64,000 bases of DNA from the human T2T-CHM13v2.0 reference genome, Homo sapiens, in NCBI RefSeq assembly GCF_009914755.1, contig NC_060925.1; one strand, written 5' to 3'. Shown piece by piece: positions 56,309 through 64,000 of the stretch. Made by a program: the position numbers and the translations under genes. The first letter of the stretch is position 1. Every line of letters starts with the position of its first letter. The notes under the pieces are model-generated. The model did not search any database. It was given only the letters and a program-made list of their open reading frames with translations, and was not told the origin of the DNA.

Positions 56309-57559
56309 TCATAACCAGACTTAAATGAACCATTAAAATTATTGTTGTGTTTAATTACAGATAGGGTAAGGAAAATTCTTACTAAGAAATGAGTGGTCAA
56401 ATACTCAAGAAAAGTTAAATCAAATCTGAATTTTCAACTACTTCCTTTGCATACTGAACCACAATCCTTTTAGGTAAACAATAGTAAAAGCCAGAATGTT
56501 CACATCATCAAACAAAGAAATGGCTATTTACATTTATGAATGTAGCAGTAAGTCTAAAAATATTCCTATTGTGTGTGTTCCTTCCATTCTGTCAAGTCTT
56601 TCCAACTGATGAAAGGTAACTGGAATGTGTGTGAGTTACAAAGTTAAATTTACATCATGAAAAGAAGGTGATTTGTCTTAGAAGAAAAAACACATGTCAA
56701 GAAGTTCAACCCTCCAAAAAGAAAAGCTATTTACACTCTTTGTACAACAGTCTGCCTTTGCACCCAAGCTTATACAGTATCATGTACATGACTTGATGTA
56801 AGTTTTTTAAAAAAGACTCATTATGATGGAGTTCTTATGGGATTCCCTCCTCACACACCACCAGCAGGTTCTTCAGAACTTGATTACAGGCATATCAGAT
56901 TAAAGCAGCTTTGCAGTAGTGTCTAATTAGAGTGTTGTTCTAAAAACACAATTAGGTTAATTGCAGAATTGTTTTACTATAGGGAAGACAGAAGCACAAA
57001 GACCTGCAGTTTACCCTGATCATGGTCAGTATGGCAATACCTGATTTCCTTTTTCCTTTTCATATGAACAAGAGGGAGTGCTGGATTAGAAGTGAGAGAC
57101 AAGGACTCAGTTGCTGACTCTGGCACCAAATATTTATGAAGAGCTCACATTTTACCATCTGGGGCCTCAGTTACTTGCTAAATGGGTGATTGGGCTAAAT
57201 CGCCTTTAAGTCCTTTTCAGTACTTTAAATTGTTTAGCAAAGTGGCTTAAGAGATTGCAATAATAATGAAACTGAAGCCAATAAGCAAGCTAACATTATC
57301 GAGTACTACATTGTGAATGACAAAGGTATGCCACTGAACTTGGGGTTGGTTTATGAGATTTAAGCATGACCTTCCCTATGATCTCTGCATATCTCTAAAT
57401 GGCAGTGTGCAAGTTCCAACCCTGTTTAAAATGCCCAGCAGTGTGCTGTCTAACTCCAGTTCAGTTCTGGAACAGGATTACATTTAAGGAGAGACAGCTT
57501 GGAGCAGAGGCTAGAGCTCTGGAACAAAAGTCAGGTGGTGTGAATTTTAACAGCTACTG

Positions 57560-57790
57560 TTCACGATCACTAGTTATGTCCAGGAGCTGTACTAGGCTCT
57601 TCAGACATCACTTCTTATCTTCACTGTAACTTCACAATTCAGTTATTATGATCTCCTTTTTTCAGATGAGAGCATTGAGGTCAAGAGGCCAAGTCACTTG
57701 CATAAAGTCATGCAGCTACCCATTGCTGGAGCCAGGATTTGAGGCTAGGCCAGCCAGACTTTCAGCTCTATCTGAGGTTTTAAAAACAGC
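57560..57790 (-). mobile_element. MIR
   Basis: ttttcagatgagagcattgaggtcaagaggccaagtcacttgc...gagccaggatttga. Confidence 0.7.
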
Positions 57791-57992
57791 CTTCTTAACC
57801 TCTCCCAGGCTCCCTTCACATACTGATACAATCAAAATTGGCAACGGTCAACTATGTGCAGTGAGTTGTTGGTAGGGTCATGAGAGATGAAGCATGTGGG
57901 AGTACTCTGGAAACCTCTGAGTTTCTTTAGACTTTTTTTTTTTTTTTTTTTTTAGTGTTTCTGGTAACTTCAAAGCTCCCTAAGTCACTAAC

Positions 57993-58146
57993 CTTTCTTC
58001 GCCCCTCCTCCACTAAGGGGCTGTCAGGAAGCATCAATTTCAGAAAATCTTCTTTAGACAGAACATGTTGAGTCTCTGCAACAGCATCTCCCACCACTGT
58101 CTGATGCTGAGTTGCTGTGGACATGACATCCAACTCACTATACATC
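57993..58146 (-). CDS. SIPA1L2: SIPA1L2 coding exon (154 nt): MYSELDVMSTATQHQ...SPLVEEGRRK
   Basis: Acceptor ttttcaacag|G, donor AAG|gttagt; phase 2/0, consistent with both neighbouring exons. Confidence 0.95.
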
Positions 58147-61100
58147 CTGTTGAAAACAATCAGAATGGAAATTAAGCCTATTTGTAAAGTGCCTGTAGTG
58201 GTAAGAATTAAAACCTAGGAAGCAGTTTCAACAGCCACAAACGCATACAAACACTTCTTAGGTCTTAAGTCAGTTCACTTTTGCTGCGTTTGCTCCAAAT
58301 TCCCATGCCATTTCACATTTGTGAAATGAGCTCAACTACAAAGTTAGATGTCTGAATAATTCAGACACAAATCAGATCCCCAAAGCCCAGGATGAAAAAA
58401 TTACACAGCCAACTTTTAAAATACGGCTGTGTTTTCCCTTTCCTAATCTGTGTCAGAAAACACAGTTTCAATAATTCATCAGAGATGATCATATGTCTTT
58501 CGAAGCAACGCTTGTGTGCTCTCGCGGCTGGACAACCAGAGCCCCGATGGCACCCAGGCAACAGAGAGGAAGCCACCCGAGGGAGCCCGGGGTTTACGAG
58601 TCATCAATTCACACGTGTGCTAAGCATGTTTTATTATCAGCAATTTCACAAAGCTGTTTGGATAAAGCAGCCGTCTCCCTTAATTATCAGTATATAAAAA
58701 TGTATTGACAGACAACAAACGAGTGTCAAGCTGAATTACTGTTTTTAGCTCCTTTACAGGGACAAAACTGGGGAATCATTCTAAAAAGGTTTACTCTGAA
58801 AATACAGTCTGAGCAACCAAATATTCCTGAAGACACAGTAAACAGTCAGCGGCTGCACTGTCAGTGGAGGCAAACAGTCTTTGCCACACAACCTGAAACA
58901 TAACACTCTAGGAATTCACAGCCCACAGCAACGAGCTGGAGAATGACCTGAATGTTATTGCTGTGTGCCTCTGAGATGACTCTTGATTTCAAAAGCCAGG
59001 CTATCTTATAACTGTATGACAGCTCACTGGGAAATTGCTAGAATAAGAAACATACACAAACATGCTCAAAATTAAGAAGGATTTCTCTAAAATCCTCTAT
59101 GGCTTTATTCCTGAGGTAGGACAGGTTTCCCTGTACCTCTCAGTTCTTGAAGCACAAGCTACAGTTACAACATGAACAAATAGTGGCTGTAAAAAAAAAA
59201 AAAAAGAAGCATTTCATAACTTTTAAAACATTACTGAAGATTTAGTTGGTTTGTGGGATGGCATGACATAAAAATGGGAGCTACAAGAAGAAACCAAGAC
59301 GCTGGAGGGCTTTTGCACAAAAGCCACATAAGGAAAACAAAACAATATAGTTTTTACGAAGACTGCATCCAAGAAGCGCCCAACATTCGATCCTGAGGTG
59401 AGTTAGGTGGTGCTCAAGAGCTCCAGGCCGTATGTGTTTTGGGAAAGATGCGGGGAAAAATCCCAGGTCCTACCAATAACTGCATGGATAAAAATATTAC
59501 ATCCATAATTACGATTACAATGTGCTGTTCTAGTTTCTATATACGTTTATAGAATATGTGTTAAAATATGTGTTTATAAAAAAACACTAGCTTTCTCTGC
59601 TAAACTAGTAATTTAAAGAAATTATCCAATGACGTGTCATAAATACGCTCTGAGGATTTACTCTGTGCCTGCCACCGTGAGTAGTGAAGTTAAGCAGGAC
59701 AGGGGGCTTGCACAGGACCTCCAGTCCGGGGGTGTGTGCATGTGGTATGTATGTGGTATATGTTCTGCAGGCTGAGATGACCAATCAAGTGCGAAGACAC
59801 TGTAGGAAGTACTGAGCTAGCGGGTGCAGAGAACAATCCCCTTTGGGAGGGTGCTGGCCAGGCTCAGAAACTCACAAAGGACATTTAGGCAGAGGGAACA
59901 GCATGAATGGGTGCACAGAAGCCTGAGACAGAACTGCTCATTCGCTGATATTATTTAAAAATGTAAGATGATATTATTAACAAAATTAACAGTAGGGCTT
60001 CCACAATATGATTTTGAGAAATAACTGGTCTATGTGAAACTTCTGGAGAGCACAACTGATTTCTTCTTCAGTGCACAATGAGACACTAAAAATATGATGT
60101 ACTTGGCTGACTGTTTTCTAAGCATATCTTTCAGCAATCCGGTAAAACACTGTTTTGATAAAACTTCAAATCTAGTTAGTGCAGTCCTGTATGACTGCCT
60201 TGCCTTAGAAACACTCTGTGTTGCTGGGCAGAGCCTGGGGCACCTGCTCCATCTGCCAGGATGAGCCGGCACACTGACCAGGAGCCCTGGTCTCGAATCC
60301 CAGCACCGGCCTCTTGCGATAACCAGTTTGAGCTCAAATCCTCCCGATAAAATGCAGCTTAGGACAGAAGAACTTCTACAGCCTCTCCCCTCCCAGGTAT
60401 ACCCAAGAGCATGTGTGGGGACTGCCATTTGCCCTTCCATACCACAGGGGTCCCCAGGTGGGGAGCTCCAGCGGAGACACAATCTCAGTCTCCTCTAGTG
60501 TGCACACAACCTGCGACTCAAGAGACACAAACCCCTTTCTCACCTCATTCTGGACACTGCCTCGCTCTCACTGAGCATTAGTGCCATCAAACCAGTGCGT
60601 GGAAATGCATAAACCCTGGGCTTTTGCATTAAAACTGTCCGAATGGGCTCCTTTCACACTTCCCTGACTTTCCAAAAGAGTCCTTCGCCTAAACATAGTA
60701 CTACGGCGACATATAAAATGCTTCTAAAAATATTTCACAGAACTTAAAAAAGGCTTGGAATGAATTCCCGTGAAGCACTCAGAAGACTCTTATTAGACAG
60801 AAATACCAATGTATCATTCTACCATTTTCATTTATAATAAAAAGGGCTAGTTATCACTATGAAATTCCTTCCTAAATAAGCCATTTGCAATGACTGACAT
60901 GATTTTTTTAACAAAAGATTCCATGTTCAATTTAAGCACTAAAAGAATTTTTAATTTAGAAGGCAATATCATATGAGCTGTATTTAAGACACAGGATCAT
61001 TTTTTTTAAGAGAAAAAAGTGATACTAGTTCACTGGCAAAGTGTAAAATCTGGAGGCTCTCTCTGAAGAGCCATCCCAGTGTGGGTGCAAGCCACGCTCA

Positions 61101-61828
61101 GCACCACACGCCTGATGACGCTATCGCAGGCAGGTACAGCAGAGCACACAGACCTGATCATTTAGCACGAGTATTCTGTTAAGCTTCTTTACGAAATAAG
61201 CAAATAGTTCCTTAGCCCCAGCCAGCCTTGCTCTGCATTCTTGAATGCAATTTATTTACCTGTCTCTTCACAGAGGCATCAGCATAGTTTTCACAAGTGT
61301 TGTAAGATGGGTTATCAGTATTTTTAAATCTTTTTCTTTTTCAAACAGATACAAAGCATCCTTTCCTACGTGCCCACCACGCCCCCCTCAACCTCAAACC
61401 TAACAACTAAAAGGAAAATTGGAAGTCATGCTAAAATTAAGAAAAATACTTTTTGTTTTAGGATGTCACTTACACGGCAACTTTAAGGAACACACAGGAC
61501 TCTGTGGGAATTTGAACTGCCTTTGACCTGGTGTATTTATAGAGACGCTATACTCACACCATCAGCAGCATGTTACCATGACTTTTCTATTGCAGGCAGA
61601 TTTGAATATAAAAGCAAAGAACACAGATTTCTTTTCCTTTTTTTATGTAAAAATCAAGAGAATAATTTTATAGGGAAATATAAACATCAACATTTAAAGA
61701 GTTTAAGAAAGATGTTTTTAGATTATTCTTTTTTAGAAAATACATTTCCTTTGGGAGGAAAATACATTTGCTTAGTCAATCCCTACAGTGAAAAATGCTG
61801 ACCAGAGAAGAACAGCCAGCCACCTTAC

Positions 61829-62053
61829 CCGGGACATTCAGTCACTTCAGGCTCCTCGGGCGGTGGGCTGCCCTCCGATTTCTTCCAGCCGATGACATAT
61901 TTGTTCACTGCCCCTTGTCTGTGGTAGGGCTTGGACATGGACCCGGGAACCTGTTGTCCGCTGCTGTGAGACACGATGTAGACTTTGGATGAATCCAGAG
62001 ACCCACTACTTTTTGAACAGTGAGCTGAAGGGCTTCCTGAATGGTGAGAACCA
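61829..62053 (-). CDS. SIPA1L2: SIPA1L2 coding exon (225 nt): GSHHSGSPSAHCSK...WKKSEGSPPPEEPEVTECPG
   Basis: Acceptor ttttctcctcag|T, donor CCCGG|gtaagg; phase 2/2; open frame matches ORF 61825..62082. Confidence 0.95.
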
Positions 62054-62299
62054 CTGAGGAGAAAAACAGACAAAAGCTGCAATACAATCTGATTTCAGCA
62101 GTGCTGGCACACGGCCAAATTCAGAGCCGCAAGGCTTTACTCAAGTCTTTCTCCGAGAGCAAAATCGGGCCCAGTGAGGCAGATGGAGCCTTCTTTCTAC
62201 CATGGAGCTTGCTAGGAAGCCTCATTTTACGTAGGCTAAGGTTACTCACGTGCAAGTTGTATGCCTGTGGCAGGAAGGATGTTAAAAACATGGCCGGGG

Positions 62300-63120
62300 A
62301 AATCTGATAGAAAAATGGGCAACATTCCTAAACTGATTCTTCAAAAGAGAACAAACTCAAATGGTGAATATATTTGTCGGAGAAGGTGCTCAAACTCAGT
62401 TGTCTCCAGGGAAATGCCAATGAAAACCACAATGGAATAGCATTACATACTCACCAGACAGGCAAAAATGGGAATGCCTGACAATACCCAGTGACCCAGT
62501 GTTAGTAAGAACTGGGGCAATAGGTACCTTCCTACTGCTGGTGGGAGTAAAAAGTGCATGAAACAGTTTGAGCATTACCTATGAAGGTGTGTGCACCTGC
62601 AGAGCTTACGATACAGCAATCCCACTCCAAGGGCGCACACACACAGCAAACCCCTGCTGCACGTGCAACTGTCAACATGGAACAATGTTGATTAGAAGCA
62701 CTGATTTTAAGAACTCCCCAATGGCAGCAACCCAAATCATCAATAGTAGAAGGATATTCGATTAATAACTATGAATGAATACACGGAATACTCTACGAAT
62801 GAATGGACTGAGGCTACAGACGACTTGGGCGATCTCATGAACAATGTAGAGAAGAAGCAAGTCACAAAGAATACAATGATCATGAGCCAGTTGCTTAATA
62901 AAGTTCATAAACAGGTAAAAGTAAACAACATGTCATTCAGGAAAATGTAAAGAAAATGAGGGGATGATTATCACAAAAGCCAGGTTAGTGGCTACCTCAA
63001 GGGAGAAGAGAAGGGGTTGTAATTGGGTAGGATGCAGAGAGCTTCCAGACACAGCAATGTTCTAGTCCTTAACCTGGTGGTAGTTACAGGGGTGTTTGCT
63101 GCATTATCATATGATACAAC
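62300..63120 (+). mobile_element. L1ME-like 3' region
   Basis: gaaatgccaatgaaaaccacaatg, ctgctggtgggagtaaaa, cagcaatcccactcc motifs. Confidence 0.75.
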
Positions 63121-63449
63121 AGCAACAATACTGAAACAGACAGAGGCCCTAAAAACAATAAAAATTTTCAAGGTTAGTAATTAAGCTAAGGCCAGAAGGA
63201 CTACCCACCCCCGGCTGACTGAGAAATTAAGTGGACAGTTAACCACCACCAGAAATATCTTTTTCTTAAATTAGAAAGATCAACAATATGTTTTATGAAA
63301 AACAAAAGTTACTTTATAAATATGAAAAATTTTAAGAGTTTAAATTATAGGTCTAATCTCAGCGTTCAGAAAGGCAGGTGGGCTTCACTTTCAGCAAACT
63401 TGACACGTGAGTGCAATGCGAGGATTCCGGGTCTCAACATCAGCTCTGT

Positions 63450-63620
63450 CCATTACCACTGCCAGACCCTGGGCAAGTTTCTTAACCTCAGTTTTCTCAT
63501 CTGTAAATTGAGGATAATAACAGTATCTACCTCCGAAGGTTTCTCTGAAGATAATCTGAGTTAATATTAGTGAAGCACTTAGAACAGTGAGTAGCATAGG
63601 GTAAGCATTATATAAACGTA
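63450..63620 (+). mobile_element. MIR
   Basis: ctgggcaagtttcttaacctcagttttctcatctgtaaattgaggataataa MIR core. Confidence 0.8.
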
Positions 63621-64000
63621 GTTACAGAAAGTGACCCAGCAAAGGATTATTCACGAGTAGGAGTCCTTTCTATTGAAAGAGTTTAACACAGGGTTCCCGC
63701 GGTAGCAAGCTCCTCCAGTATGCTATAAATATAATCTTATTCTGAAACCCCAGGTGAGCACAGACCTTTTCTGATACATGTATAAAGCAAGTCTCATAAA
63801 AGACGAATAAAGTATAAAAATAAGAGTGATATTAAAATGAACTTTTTGTAGAGGTTCAAGAGGAAATAAAGACACAAAATAAATGGACCCATTTTCAGGG
63901 TCTCTGCGTTTTGGAAAACACTGCGGTATTAAGTAAAATTAACCAACCAACAAACAAAGCGCCTCATCTACTCCTATGAAGAAACTTAGTTGCTGGTGGC

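Noticed and set aside
59395-59403. Perfect plus-strand donor GAG|GTGAGT suggesting an antisense lncRNA exon
   Set aside because: A single 9-mer without a supported acceptor or promoter is expected by chance in 64 kb.
61098-61115. RE1 left half-sites (also ~12655 and ~55240)
   Set aside because: No matching GGACAG right half.

Overview
Primate (almost certainly human) genomic DNA, not prokaryotic: Alu-, L1-, L2-, MIR-, LTR- and DNA-transposon-rich. Positions ~27.7-64 kb hold the 3' part of SIPA1L2 (SPAR2, a Rap GAP) on the minus strand. There are eight coding exons with GT-AG boundaries and consistent phases (225, 154, 220, 132, 54, 124, 82 and 147 nt). They encode the last 378 residues (...[13 protein letters not shown]), followed by a ~1.15-kb 3' UTR ending at an AATAAA at 27688-27693. 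Positions 1-27.6 kb are downstream intergenic DNA. The most interesting observation is a stop-free alternative reading frame of up to 209 codons that overlaps the last three exons and runs into the 3' UTR. Three simple splice events would each enter it (a CAG acceptor 5 nt downstream, a GT donor 4 nt downstream, or a double exon skip), and its stop is in the last exon, so it should escape NMD. Other observations: a VNTR built from branch-point-like motifs abutting a frame-preserving exon, a 54-nt symmetric exon with a downstream RBFOX motif, a near-consensus RE1/REST site, twin miR-181 8mer sites made by a local duplication, and a proximal poly(A) signal that splits the UTR miRNA sites. Repeat family names and protein numbering come from recalled consensus sequences; no searches were run.
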